DNA from: Verrucomicrobiota bacterium
Lineage (GTDB): Bacteria; Verrucomicrobiota; Verrucomicrobiia; Verrucomicrobiales; Akkermansiaceae
Direction of reading: 5' to 3'
NCBI GenBank assembly: GCA_030835305.1
Contig: JAURPJ010000032.1
Coordinates: 29,368-93,367, forward strand
DNA: 64,000 nucleotides
In this document: positions 39,203 through 49,258 of the stretch, piece by piece
Numbering within the stretch: position 1 is the stretch's first letter
Layout of the letters: every line of letters starts with the position of its first letter
Translations under genes and position numbers: made by a program
The notes under the pieces: model-generated
The model's input: only the letters and a program-made list of their open reading frames with translations
What the model was told of the DNA's origin: nothing
Database searches by the model: none

Positions 39203-41581
39203 CTACTGCTTGTTTTTGAAGCTGTCCTGGTTGAGAAGGGTGTGGATGATCATGGTCCAGGCAAATTCTTCGTCGCCATCTTCCCCGAAGGTGGTGAGGC
39301 CGTCTTTGAGGAGTTTGAGAGTTCCAGTTGAGGGCTGATGGGCGGTGATGGTTTCGTGGAGGCGGGTTAGTTTTTCGTCCTCTGTTCCTTCCTCGGCGAT
39401 GAGGGTTTGGGCTTTGTGTGCGGCCGCTTTAAAATACTCGGGCTCGTTCATGAGAAGAAGGGCTTGAAGGGGGGTATTGGTGCGTTCGCGTCGGGCGATG
39501 CAGGCGTCGCGACTGGGGGCATCGAATATGGTCATCTGCGGTGGGGCGAGGCCACGTTTCCAGAAGGTGTAAATAGAGCGGCGTTTGTCGGCGGGGGTGG
39601 GATCAGGGGTGAAGGAATTTGGATACGATGAGGGAAGAGCGACCATTTTCCAAATCCCTGGGGGTTGTGGGGTTTTGACGGAACGTCCGCTCATTTCGCG
39701 GTTAAGGACGCCGGTCACGGCGAGGACTTGGTCACGGATGACTTCCGAGTCGAGCCGGGTGCGAGAGCCGCGGGCGAGGAGGCGGTTTTCGGGGTCGGTT
39801 TCGAAGTCGACCGAGGAGGCGGCGGAGGATTGTTGGTAGGTTTGGGAGAGGACGATATCCTTGACGAGTTTTTTGACGTCCCAGCCGGATTGGATGAATT
39901 TGAGGCTGAGGTAGTCTAGGAGTTTGGGGTGGCTGGGCCACATGCCCTGGGCGCCAAAGTCTTCGGAGGTTTTGACGAGTCCAGTGCCAAAGAATTGTTG
40001 CCAGAACCGGTTGACCGCGACGCGGGCGGTGAGGGGATTTTCTTTTTCGACGAGCCAGTTGGCGAGGTCCATGCGGGAGGGGACATTGCCGGACTTTTTG
40101 AGGGGTGGAAGGAAGTGCGGGGTGTCGCGGGTAACTTCAGCGCCGATTTGATCGTAGTTGCCCCGAACGCGGATGTGGGTCCTTTTGGGCTCGGGTCGCT
40201 CGCGCATGACCATGGCTCCACGGACTTGGTGGAGGTAGTTTGAGCGTTGTTTGTTGAGTTCGGCAATTTGCTTTTCGGCTTGGGCGATCTGGGGTTTGAA
40301 ATCGGGCGTGGGTTGTGGAGTGCCATCTGGGCGGCCCGATGGCGCAGGCGCTGCTTGTTGTTTTTTGAGGTCAGTGACCCGGGCTTGGTTTGCTTGTATT
40401 TGGCGATCAAAGTCGTCGAGCTTTGCTTTCTGCTCTTCTGTCGGAAGATCGAGGTAGGGTGGTTGGAGGCCGCGATAGAAGTCGGGGCCGCCCCGACCGC
40501 CGGTTTCGGGGGCTCCGTCGAAGTTGTTGAAGAAGGCATACATTTGGAAGAAATCCTTCTGGGTGATGGGGTCGTACTTGTGGTCATGGCAGACGGCGCA
40601 GCCCATGGTGAGGCCCATGAAGGCGGTGCCGACGGCAGAGACGCGGTCGACGACGTTTTTGAAATGAGATTCCTCAGGGAGAGCGGTGCCGCGATCGATG
40701 ATGAGGTGGAGGCGGTTGAAGCCGGACGCGATCAGTTGTTCCCGGGTGGGGTTTTCGTAAAGGTCGCCGGCGATTTGGTATTTGGTGAACTCGTCGTAGG
40801 GGAGATTTTTGTTAAAGGCCTGAATGACCCAGTCGCGGTAAGGGGAGTGGTCGCGAAAGTGGTCGTGGTGGTTGCCATTGGTGTCGGCGACACGGACGAG
40901 ATCCAGCCAGTACTTTGCCATGTGCTCACCGTAAGCGGGTGTTGCGATGAAGCGTTCGACCATTTTTTGGTAAGCGTCGGGCGAGGAGTCGGCGAGGAAT
41001 TGCTCGATTTCCTCGAGGGTGGGCGGTAGTCCGGTGAGGTCGAGGGCGAGTCGGCGGATGAGAGTGCGCTTGTTGGCCTTCTCCTTGGGTGACTTGCCTT
41101 TGGCTTCGATTTTGGCGAGGACAAATTGATCGATTTCTGATTGGGGCCACGCTTTGTTTTCGACGGAAGGAGCTTCTTGTTTCTGAGGGGGAACGAAGGC
41201 CCAGAAGTCTTCGTATTCGGCACCTTCTTGAATCCACTTTTTGAGGAGTTCTTTTTCTCTGGAAGTGAGGGGTTTGGCGTGTCCGTCGGCGGGAGGCATC
41301 GGGTCATCCTTGTCGGTGATACGGATCCAGGCTTCAGAGTTTTCGAGGGAGTTGGGGACGATGGCGGCAATGCCATCTTTCTCGGCGTAAGCTCCTTCCG
41401 GGGTGTCGAGGCGAAGGCCGGCTTTTCGGTTGGCCTTGCCTTTGGCGTCAACGCCATCATCGGGACCGTGGCACACGATGCATTTGGCAGAGAGGATGGG
41501 ACGGATGTCCTGATTGAAAGAGATTTCGGCTGCCGGAAGGAGAGCAATGGTGAGGAGGCCAAGTAAGACACGTTCTACCAT
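39203..41581 (-). CDS. Planctomycete-type cytochrome c (PSCyt) + DUF1549 + DUF1553 protein
   Basis: Start moved to ATG 41581 (MVERVLLGLLTIALLPAA). Heme motif AKCIVCHGPDD. CAVCHDHKYDP. Large conserved C-terminal region. Confidence 0.85.
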   Translation of the reverse strand: MVERVLLGLLTIALLPAAEISFNQDIRPILSAKCIVCHGPDDGVDAKGKANRKAGLRLDTPEGAYAEKDGIAAIVPNSLENSEAWIRITDKDDPMPPADGHAKPLTSREKELLKKWIQEGAEYEDFWAFVPPQKQEAPSVENKAWPQSEIDQFVLAKIEAKGKSPKEKANKRTLIRRLALDLTGLPPTLEEIEQFLADSSPDAYQKMVERFIATPAYGEHMAKYWLDLVRVADTNGNHHDHFRDHSPYRDWVIQAFNKNLPYDEFTKYQIAGDLYENPTREQLIASGFNRLHLIIDRGTALPEESHFKNVVDRVSAVGTAFMGLTMGCAVCHDHKYDPITQKDFFQMYAFFNNFDGAPETGGRGGPDFYRGLQPPYLDLPTEEQKAKLDDFDRQIQANQARVTDLKKQQAAPAPSGRPDGTPQPTPDFKPQIAQAEKQIAELNKQRSNYLHQVRGAMVMRERPEPKRTHIRVRGNYDQIGAEVTRDTPHFLPPLKKSGNVPSRMDLANWLVEKENPLTARVAVNRFWQQFFGTGLVKTSEDFGAQGMWPSHPKLLDYLSLKFIQSGWDVKKLVKDIVLSQTYQQSSAASSVDFETDPENRLLARGSRTRLDSEVIRDQVLAVTGVLNREMSGRSVKTPQPPGIWKMVALPSSYPNSFTPDPTPADKRRSIYTFWKRGLAPPQMTIFDAPSRDACIARRERTNTPLQALLLMNEPEYFKAAAHKAQTLIAEEGTEDEKLTRLHETITAHQPSTGTLKLLKDGLTTFGEDGDEEFAWTMIIHTLLNQDSFKNKQ

Positions 41582-41902
41582 GATAAAAAAAGGTTCCTGA
41601 TTTGAAATTAGTGGGAATTTGCGTTGTGCCAAGTCGAGGTGGATCAGATACCCAAATACCAGCTTGATCGTTTCATTCTTGGAGGACGCAAATCCCGACG
41701 AATGATTCACATCATTTGGGCAATGCCTAGAATGATCAAGGACTTTGTAGGATAGTAGACTAAGGCAGACAGAGTCTGTCAGATTTTTGGGGAACATTAC
41801 AGATGGCCCTAACTCCCTAATAGATTTTATCTTAGGACGATAAAATTGAAGGGGCCACGTAGGGTGCTTTTTCCGACCTAATGATCAGCTACTTCAGACC
41901 CC

Positions 41903-41937
41903 AAAAAAACCAGCTCCCCTTTCGAGATGCTGGTTTT
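41903..41937 (-). terminator. Rho-independent terminator after the DUF1501 gene
   Basis: The minus strand reads AAAACCAGC-ATCTC-GAAA-GGGGA-GCTGG followed by TTTTTTT. Confidence 0.65.
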
Positions 41938-41961
41938 GAAAAGTAAAAATTACCCGCGGGG

Positions 41962-43275
41962 TTAGGCGAGAATTTCGGTGATGGGCTTACCGGTTTTGCC
42001 TCCCATCTTGAAAGGGCGCTTGGTGGGAGAGAATACGACCTGGTCGTATTGCAATCCCATGGCGGCGGCAATGGTGGCGTTGAAGTCGGATGCGGTGGTC
42101 TTTTCCGTGATGACGTTGGAGGCTGTTTTGTCGGTCTCGCCGTAAATGGTTCCGCCTTTGATGCCGGCTCCGGCGAGAGCAAAGGAGAAGGCTTTCGGGA
42201 AGTGGTTTCGTCCGGCGTCATCGTCGATCTTTGGGGTCCGGCCGAACTCGGTGGCGATGACAACGAGAGTGCTTTCGAGAAGTCCACGTTGCTCGAGATC
42301 GGAAAGAAGGGCGGCGTAGGCTTGGTCGAGGATGGGGAGTTTCTCGTCGGCCTTGGTGAAGTTATCGGAGTGCCAGTCGAAGCCACCGAGTTGCACTTCA
42401 ACAAAGCGGACTCCGTGTTCGACAAGACGTCGTGCGAGCAAAACTCCTTTGCCGAACTTATCGGTTCCGTAGGCCGCATGGGCGTCTTTGGATTCCTTGG
42501 AGAGATCAAAGGCTTCCAGGTCCTTGGACTGCATCAGGCTGACCGCGGAGCTGAACATCTCATCGTAAGCGCGAACGCTGCGCTGTCCTTTTTTGAAGCG
42601 CGAACCAAAGTCAGCGTCAAGCTTCAAGCGGAGAGCGATTTGGCGGTTAAAGGCTGACTCCGATACGTTGCTGCGGCGTCTGGAATTCTGGAGTCCCTTT
42701 TCGGCATCACCCACGGGAAGAGGCGCCACGTTGGGCTCGAAGAATCCTGCCCCGGGATGGTTGTTGCCGCTGTGAACGGTAACGTAAGGAGGGAGGGTTC
42801 CCTTAAGGCGATCGGCATCAAGTTTGTTGGCCCACGAACCGAGTGAGGGGTGGGTGATGGAGGCCCGCTGGGTATAGGACGTGTGGATGTGGTAGTTGCC
42901 TTGGGCGTGAGCCCCTTGGGTCGAGGTCATGGAGCGAACGATGGCCATCTTGTCGGTGTGCTTCGCGGTGCGTTCGAAGTGTTGGCCGAGTTGGATGCCA
43001 TCCACTTTTGTTGAAATTGCTTTGATGGGGCCGCGGTATTCGGAGGGCGCCTCGGGCTTGGGGTCAAAGGTGTCGATGTGAGTCATGCCGCCTGCCATGT
43101 AGAGGTAGATCACGTTCTTGGCCTTGCCGTTGGATTTTTTGATGGCTTCGGCCGCTTCGGCGGAGGAGAACCAGGAGGCAGAAGCGCCGCCAAGGGTCAC
43201 GCCGAAGGCGGTGCGGGCGGTACTGGCCAGAAAGCTCCGGCGTGATTGATCGTCGAGTTGATTAAAGGGGTTCAT
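41962..43275 (-). CDS. DUF1501 protein with a Tat-type signal
   Basis: DDQSRRSFLASTARTAFGVTLGG. ..ATEFGRT..GRNHFP.. ATGA overlap with the upstream DUF1553 gene. Confidence 0.85.
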   Translation of the reverse strand: MNPFNQLDDQSRRSFLASTARTAFGVTLGGASASWFSSAEAAEAIKKSNGKAKNVIYLYMAGGMTHIDTFDPKPEAPSEYRGPIKAISTKVDGIQLGQHFERTAKHTDKMAIVRSMTSTQGAHAQGNYHIHTSYTQRASITHPSLGSWANKLDADRLKGTLPPYVTVHSGNNHPGAGFFEPNVAPLPVGDAEKGLQNSRRRSNVSESAFNRQIALRLKLDADFGSRFKKGQRSVRAYDEMFSSAVSLMQSKDLEAFDLSKESKDAHAAYGTDKFGKGVLLARRLVEHGVRFVEVQLGGFDWHSDNFTKADEKLPILDQAYAALLSDLEQRGLLESTLVVIATEFGRTPKIDDDAGRNHFPKAFSFALAGAGIKGGTIYGETDKTASNVITEKTTASDFNATIAAAMGLQYDQVVFSPTKRPFKMGGKTGKPITEILA

Positions 43276-45335
43276 TGGACAAAGAGGAAACGGTTGGAGG
43301 TGAGGATGGCCCGGGCGAATGTCTCGGTGGACTCCGGGGTTTTCATTTCGGGGAGGAAGGCTTCTTTCTCGTTTTCGGTAGGGAAGGCGGAGTAGAGGCT
43401 GAGAAAGAGAAAATCGAGTTTTCTGGAGGGTGATTCAATGGCGCGGAGCGAGCGGGCAAAAGAATTCTTCTTATTGGTGAGAAGACTGGTCTCAAGCCCG
43501 TTTAGAAGGCGCAGGGTTTGGGGAACGTTTGCTTCGGTGTGAGCGGAAGACGGGCTCTCGGCATCCGATCCGCCGAATTCGGCGAGGAAGGTGCCACCTC
43601 TAGCGGGAACGGGGAGTTCGGAGGCCCGCATGCGGAACTCGGGTTCGTTGGGGCGGCCGATGCGGGCACGACGGGCAAGGGCTGGGGCTGCTTTGGTCGT
43701 TGCGCTGTTTTCGCTCATGCCTCTTCCTTTGCTGTAGCTCTTCCCGTATTTTTTCTGGACGGATCTGATTTCAGCAGAGATTTCCCGGAAGGCGGCCATG
43801 TTGCCATTTTCTCGTGCCTTCTGGGCTTTGGTGCGGAGAATGGAGACTTCCTTTTGGAGCGCCCGGCGTTGTTTTTCGCCTTCGATAACAACGGTGCTGA
43901 TTTCCTTTAGTTGCTTGCTGTTGGTGCTCATGAGGAAGTCGAAGGCTTTTACATAATCATCCCAAGCTTCTTCGAATTTGTTGTTGTTGTTGGAGTCGAC
44001 ATTTCCGGATGCAAGAGTGATGAATGAATCCCGAATTTCCTCGGCGCTCATCCGGCGGAGAATCGGTCCCTGGAAGTCGAAGGAGAACCCTTGGGCAGGC
44101 TCCTCGGTGCTGACTTCCCGTTGGAAAAGATTGGTGTGATAAAGGATGCGCAGGAACTCCCGGAGGTCGTAGTTGGCCGCGAGCATCGCTTTTTCGACAT
44201 GGTTGACGAGCTCAGGGTAGTGGGGCTGGGGCGAATTGTTCCAGTCATCGGGGTTGGCGACGAGGCCGTAGCCGAAGGCATACTCCCACATGCGGTTGGC
44301 GATGACCTTTGTGAAGTAGGGATTTTTGGGAGAAGTGACCCACTTAGCGAAGTATTCGCGCCGCTGCCCGGGTTTCACGTCCTTGGCATCAAGTCCGAAG
44401 AGGAATCCGGGCTTGACCACGTCGCCCGGTTTTCCATCTTCATATTGATAGTCGGCGGGTAGTTTGAGTTCCTTGCTGGTGTTGTCGGCTAGGGCGTTGC
44501 GGTTGTGGTAGCGGAAAACCTGACCGATGGCGCGGGCTTCCTCACGCTTGGACATGGCCTTTTCCCTCGCTTTTTTTGCCTGGAGGGCGAATCTCCGTCG
44601 CTCCTCTTTGGTCATGTTCTTAAAGGCTTTTTTGGGCCGTTTATCGGGATTGAACCCGATCGCTTCCTTGATTTTTTCCCGGCCACCCTCGAAGCGGTAG
44701 TCGGTGCCTCCCAGGAAAGCCGCCAATTGGTAATACTCCATTTGGGTGGTGTCGTCGAAGGGGTGGTCGTGGCACTGGGCGCAGCCGATTTGCTGGCCGA
44801 GGAAAACCTGGACGGTATTACTGACGTTATCGAGCAGCATGCCACGATCACGCAGGTAGTATCCCACGGCAGGATTTTCGGCAGCGTGGCCGTCGGCCGC
44901 GAGCATTTCCGTGACCATCTTGTCGTAGGGCATGTTGTTCTCGACGGCATCCTTCAACCAGACGTGCCAACCCAGTCCATTGTGCTCGTTGTTTGTTTGG
45001 ACGCGAAGGAGGTCGGTCCAGAAGTTGAAGAGTCGGGAGTTGAAGCCGGGAGATTCGACCAAGGAGTCGATAAGCTTGGTTCGCTTTTCTTGATCGCTTG
45101 ATTCCAGGAAGGAGCGGGCTTCGTCGTGAGTCGGGAGGCGTCCGATGATGTTCAGGTAGCTCCGGCGAATGAAGGTGGAATCATCGGTGATGGGATTTGC
45201 CTTGATGCTTCGGGCCTCTTGGCCGGCGTGCAAGAGCTCGTCGATCTCACGGGCGGTATTGCGCACCACGTCCAAGGGCAGCGGCTTCGCAAAAACCACT
45301 GAAATGGTGACAATTAGGGGGAGGAGGACTTTCAT
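43272..45335 (-). CDS. DUF1549/DUF1553 (PSD-type) protein without a cytochrome c domain
   Basis: Signal peptide MKVLLPLIVTISVVFA. RRSYLNIIGRLPTHDEARSFL. GCAQCHDHPFD. Confidence 0.85.
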   Translation of the reverse strand: MKVLLPLIVTISVVFAKPLPLDVVRNTAREIDELLHAGQEARSIKANPITDDSTFIRRSYLNIIGRLPTHDEARSFLESSDQEKRTKLIDSLVESPGFNSRLFNFWTDLLRVQTNNEHNGLGWHVWLKDAVENNMPYDKMVTEMLAADGHAAENPAVGYYLRDRGMLLDNVSNTVQVFLGQQIGCAQCHDHPFDDTTQMEYYQLAAFLGGTDYRFEGGREKIKEAIGFNPDKRPKKAFKNMTKEERRRFALQAKKAREKAMSKREEARAIGQVFRYHNRNALADNTSKELKLPADYQYEDGKPGDVVKPGFLFGLDAKDVKPGQRREYFAKWVTSPKNPYFTKVIANRMWEYAFGYGLVANPDDWNNSPQPHYPELVNHVEKAMLAANYDLREFLRILYHTNLFQREVSTEEPAQGFSFDFQGPILRRMSAEEIRDSFITLASGNVDSNNNNKFEEAWDDYVKAFDFLMSTNSKQLKEISTVVIEGEKQRRALQKEVSILRTKAQKARENGNMAAFREISAEIRSVQKKYGKSYSKGRGMSENSATTKAAPALARRARIGRPNEPEFRMRASELPVPARGGTFLAEFGGSDAESPSSAHTEANVPQTLRLLNGLETSLLTNKKNSFARSLRAIESPSRKLDFLFLSLYSAFPTENEKEAFLPEMKTPESTETFARAILTSNRFLFVQ

Positions 45336-45347
45336 GGTGAGTTTAAT

Positions 45348-45761
45348 TTAGTAGAGAAGAGCGACGATTTCCGCGTCGGAGAGGAGGGTTGGGTCTTCAG
45401 CCGCTCCCGAGAGGAGTTCGGTAGCGAAGGTGTCTTCGAGTTGATCGAAGTCTTCGGTGACCTCAGGAGTCTTTGCGACTGTTCCGCCCGTCGGGGCAGG
45501 TTCGCTGGGCAACGAGATTACGATTGCGATGGCAGCCAGCGCAGCTCCGGCGGCTCCCATGAGTGGTTTTGGGGAGAAGAGAGTTTTCCACCAAGGGGAT
45601 TTCCGTTCGGTCTCTTCAAGACGCACCCGGCGGAGGGTATCCTGCACAAAACGGGGGGACGGATCGGTTGGGGTTGCGTCATCAAGAAGATTCCAGACGG
45701 CATCGTTTTCGAGGTCCGCGTCGAAATCTGAGGGTGGATTGTTAGGGTGGTTCGGCTTCAT
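45348..45761 (-). CDS. Small single-TM protein, anti-sigma-factor-like
   Basis: 137 aa. ..SPRFVQDTLRRVRLEE.. then TM segment LMGAAGAALAAIAIVISL. 12 nt upstream of the DUF1553 gene. No sigma factor gene is adjacent. Confidence 0.5.
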   Translation of the reverse strand: MKPNHPNNPPSDFDADLENDAVWNLLDDATPTDPSPRFVQDTLRRVRLEETERKSPWWKTLFSPKPLMGAAGAALAAIAIVISLPSEPAPTGGTVAKTPEVTEDFDQLEDTFATELLSGAAEDPTLLSDAEIVALLY

Positions 45762-45870
45762 GGCTTTCTCCGGCTGCTGGAATAAACCCGGGTTCTCCGG
45801 AAAAGTTTCAAAAAACCTGAATGTGAGATGAATTTCCCACTTGGGCTATCTTGATTTAGGTTTCGGCGAG

Positions 45871-47223
45871 CTATTTAGAGCTTTTTCTTTTTTTTCTCCG
45901 GTTCCCCGTCATGTGCTCAAGGGCTTCCATTTCAGTGGCTTTGCCTCGATCACCGCAGGATTTCATCCAGGCCTGGAGCTCTTGGTAGAGGTTTTTCTGA
46001 ATTTTGGCTAATTCGGGCTTTCCGGCGAGATTGGTCAATTCGAGCGGATCTTTTTGGATGTCGTAGAGTTCGAACTCCGGCCGTCGCTGGTAGCGGGTGG
46101 TTTTAGCGATGGCATCCGGATTTCCGGTTTCAGCTAGGTCGAGCCAGCTTTTGAATTCAGGAGCGGTGGTGCAGGCGTTCACAAACTTGATCTCTGGAGT
46201 GAGATTCCAGATTAATTTGTAGCTTTCCGAGCGGATCGAGCGGATGCCATAATGCTGCGAGCCGTCATTAATGCCACGGGTGGTCATGATTCCGTGGACG
46301 AACTTCTTATGGGATTGTTTTCCGGCGAAGACCGGAAGGAGGCTTTTACCCCGGAGATCGGCGGGCGGGGTTCCACCTCCGGCCTCGATGAAGGTTGGGA
46401 GAAGGTCCAGGTACTCGATCATGGCATGGTTCACAGATCCGGGTTTGATGTGTCCAGGCCACCGGGCGATGAGAGCGGTCTGGAGGCCGTTGTCGTAGCA
46501 AGTCCACTTGGCAAAGGCGAAGGAGTTACCCTGTTCGGAGGTCACAATGAAGAGGGTGTCGTCGGTGAGGCCATTTTGTTCAACAAGTTCCATAGCTTGG
46601 CCGACTTGGGAATCGAAGTAGGTGATCTCGGAAAGATAGCGTGAGAATCCATCGCGGGTTTCGGGGGTATCGACGAAGTAAGAGGGAAGTTTTAATTTGT
46701 CGACTGGGTAGCGTGAGCGATCTCCCAAATTCCACGGAGTGTGTGGTTCGTTGGAGCAAAGCAGGAGGCAGAAGGGCTTCTTTTTTTCGACTTGTTCCTT
46801 GATGAATGAACTTACTTTTTCGAACTCGGGATTTTTGCCACCCGGGATTTTTTGCCAGCTGAAGACCTTTCCGGGTGAGACGTGCGTTTTACCGCTTTGA
46901 GCGACGGTGTAGCCGAGTTCGGAGAGATGTTGCACTACGCTTTTTGTTTCGGGTGCGACGAAGGTGTGGTTTGGATAGGCGCCGCTTACGACCGGAGGAA
47001 GGCCGGTGTAAATATTGTGCCGGGTGGGCGAACACATTGGCGCGGTTTGGAAGCAGCGGGTGAAGCGCATGCCCTGGCCGGCGAGTTTGTCGATGTTGGG
47101 AGTGTGGGCCTGCCCCCCGTAGCACCCTAGGTCGCGGAAGGTGCAATCGTCGGCAATAATAAAGACGATGTTGGGCTTGCCCAAGGCCGCGACAGAGAGG
47201 AGGAGATAGAGGAAGGAGCGCAT
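45871..47223 (-). CDS. Secreted Cys-type sulfatase
   Basis: Start moved to ATG 47223 (MRSFLYLLLSVAALG). PNIVFIIADDCTFRDLG. CxPxR in PMCSPTRHNIYTG. Confidence 0.9.
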   Translation of the reverse strand: MRSFLYLLLSVAALGKPNIVFIIADDCTFRDLGCYGGQAHTPNIDKLAGQGMRFTRCFQTAPMCSPTRHNIYTGLPPVVSGAYPNHTFVAPETKSVVQHLSELGYTVAQSGKTHVSPGKVFSWQKIPGGKNPEFEKVSSFIKEQVEKKKPFCLLLCSNEPHTPWNLGDRSRYPVDKLKLPSYFVDTPETRDGFSRYLSEITYFDSQVGQAMELVEQNGLTDDTLFIVTSEQGNSFAFAKWTCYDNGLQTALIARWPGHIKPGSVNHAMIEYLDLLPTFIEAGGGTPPADLRGKSLLPVFAGKQSHKKFVHGIMTTRGINDGSQHYGIRSIRSESYKLIWNLTPEIKFVNACTTAPEFKSWLDLAETGNPDAIAKTTRYQRRPEFELYDIQKDPLELTNLAGKPELAKIQKNLYQELQAWMKSCGDRGKATEMEALEHMTGNRRKKRKSSK

Positions 47224-47385
47224 TTTGGTTTTGGTTGATAAGGGGGAATTGTTTTTCGGAAGGTCTTTTCCAAAGGTGGTTGGCAATCGTTTTGGTTTCT
47301 GTTTCTCCGGAGCAGGCCGGAGATGGTGTTTCAACGTTTCAAATGGCGACGTTCTTCCAACGGGTTCGCTTGGATGATCTCTCGA

Positions 47386-48045
47386 TCAGGAGCTGAGTTC
47401 GTTATTGCGGGTTTCACCGTCGACGTTGGTTTGCCAGTAGTGGCCGGACTCCACATGGAGACAGGTGAGCCAGCCGCCGCGGCCGACGTCGGTATCGATG
47501 TTGATGGCGTGTCCTAGGTTGAGGGGGAGGTGGGGAGCTTTTTGGGCGGTGTGGCCACAGACCATGACCTTTCCGGACTGGTGGGGAAGCGGCGTGCCGA
47601 ATTTCTTGTGAATCAGGGTGAAAGGATGCTGGTTCGGAACGGGAATGTCATGCTCAAGGTTGGCATGTACAAAGATGTGGGTTCCGGTCTCGTAGTAAGG
47701 CTGGGTGTTGCGGATAAACTCCCAGTGGGATTCGGGGACGGCGTCCATGCCTCCATAGGATTCAAGGGTCTCCCCGCCGCCCCACGCCTCAAGCCAATGG
47801 GCGAGGTCGGTGTGATCGATCCGGGAAAGGAGAAGCTTCTCCTCGTGGTTTCCGTGCAGGAAGGTGGCTCTGTATTTTTCTTTGATGCCGATGAGGAACT
47901 CGATGACTCCTTTGGAATCTGGGCCGCGATCGACGTAGTCTCCGACGAAAATGAGATGGTCTTCCGGGGTGGGGGCGATGACCTCGATCATTTGTTTGAG
48001 CGGGTCGAGGCATCCGTGAATGTCGCTGATGGCAAGTGTTCTCAT
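47386..48045 (-). CDS. Metallophosphoesterase (Ser/Thr phosphatase 1 / ApaH-like family)
   Basis: ISDIHGC, FVGDYVDRGPDS, LHGNHE, VCGHT. Confidence 0.85.
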   Translation of the reverse strand: MRTLAISDIHGCLDPLKQMIEVIAPTPEDHLIFVGDYVDRGPDSKGVIEFLIGIKEKYRATFLHGNHEEKLLLSRIDHTDLAHWLEAWGGGETLESYGGMDAVPESHWEFIRNTQPYYETGTHIFVHANLEHDIPVPNQHPFTLIHKKFGTPLPHQSGKVMVCGHTAQKAPHLPLNLGHAINIDTDVGRGGWLTCLHVESGHYWQTNVDGETRNNELSS

Positions 48046-48171
48046 GAATTCTCGTTAAGGGTAAGCCTTTCGGGCCCCTAGAGTTAAGCACAGAAGTGAT
48101 GAATGTCTGAGAGCGTCTTTAGTTTTCGTATTGATGGGTTGTGGTGCACGGATACCTTCACACAAACGCTT

Positions 48172-49068
48172 ATGAAATTGCTTTTCACGCTCCCCGCTCT
48201 CTTTCTTCTTGTGAATTGCACGGCTGATCTTCCTTCAAGCCAATCGCCCAATGCCTTGAGGAGGGCTGCGGTGACTCCGGCGAACACAGGCGGACTGCAA
48301 CACATTATTAACGTCTCGGCTTATGATCCGAAGGAACGGTCGCGCTCGGGCTGGAGTTATTCCGAGCATGATGTCACTTCGCTGCGGGCCAATGGTGCAA
48401 AAGGTCTCATCGCCCGGGCGGGGAAAGGTGGAAATCTTGATGAAAAGTGCGGATCCTTCATCAAAGCGGCAGACCGGGCCGGATTGCTGGCCGGAGTATA
48501 TTACCGGGTCCAGAAGCATATGAGTGCGAGGCGTCAGGCTGATCAATTCGTTGACCGGGCGCAATCTCTCTCCCGGGGGCGGTCTGCCGGAGCAGCTCCA
48601 TTACTGCTTTGCGGGGATTACGACGGCGATTTATCCTTGTCGGACATCCTAGCGTTTCAAGATCGGGTCGAGCAACGAACCGGGGTGGTTCCGGTGGCTT
48701 ATTTGGAGAATAGCCAGGACTTGAAGCTCAAAATGAGAGCGGCGGATCGAGGAACCAAGTCGCGGCTTCGTCGAGCTCCCTATTGGCTTGCCTTGTATTC
48801 CCACGAGAGCGGGAAAACCTCGGAGTTTTCTCCACCGGGAAGTCCTGAAGCTCTCGTGGATCAATACGCTGTTTGGCCGACGTGGACGATTTGGCAATAC
48901 GGTGGAGTGAGTTGGGAGAATCGTCGTTCGAATGCCAAGGTTTATAGTCACGGGCGATATCAGTTCCCCAAATATTTCGGCAGCATGGACCGGGTGCTCG
49001 AGCGCAATGTTTTCAAAGGATCCTATGGCAGTCTGGTTGATTTCTGGAATCGCCACGGGATGCGATGA
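48172..49068 (+). CDS. Lipoprotein, glycoside hydrolase family 25 (lysozyme)-like
   Basis: Start moved to ATG 48172 (MKLLFTLPALFLLVNC lipobox). GAKGLIARAGKG..DEKCGSFIKAADRAGLLAGVYY.., PYWLALYS, WTIWQYG resemble the GH25 pattern. The family call is tentative. Confidence 0.5.
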   Translation: MKLLFTLPALFLLVNCTADLPSSQSPNALRRAAVTPANTGGLQHIINVSAYDPKERSRSGWSYSEHDVTSLRANGAKGLIARAGKGGNLDEKCGSFIKAADRAGLLAGVYYRVQKHMSARRQADQFVDRAQSLSRGRSAGAAPLLLCGDYDGDLSLSDILAFQDRVEQRTGVVPVAYLENSQDLKLKMRAADRGTKSRLRRAPYWLALYSHESGKTSEFSPPGSPEALVDQYAVWPTWTIWQYGGVSWENRRSNAKVYSHGRYQFPKYFGSMDRVLERNVFKGSYGSLVDFWNRHGMR

Positions 49069-49203
49069 TCCGAAATTGTTTATAAAAAGAGGATCTGCCG
49101 CACGAAGCTTTCGACATGTGCTGTCGGCTTGAGGTTTTTCGGAGCGGCAACGACCAGCTGGCGGACCAGCGAACGGGGGATGGGAATGATTTGGAACAGC
49201 AGT

Positions 49204-49235
49204 AAAAAAGGAGCCATTCCCCGGGGGAATGCTCC
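49204..49235 (-). terminator. Rho-independent terminator after the sigma factor gene
   Basis: The minus strand reads GGAGCATTCC-CCCGG-GGAATGGCTCC (one bulge) followed by TTTTTT. Confidence 0.75.
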
Positions 49236-49258
49236 TTTGAGAGAGAGTATCGGAGCGC

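Noticed and set aside
41582-41797. Long N-terminal extensions of track ORFs (also 37709..37972, 47224..47334, 57510..57626, 60374..60580, 4755..4880, 13619..13726).
   Set aside because: In each case an internal ATG is followed immediately by a textbook signal peptide. The upstream extension is either AT-rich non-protein-like sequence or overlaps the neighbouring gene. I trimmed the starts accordingly.
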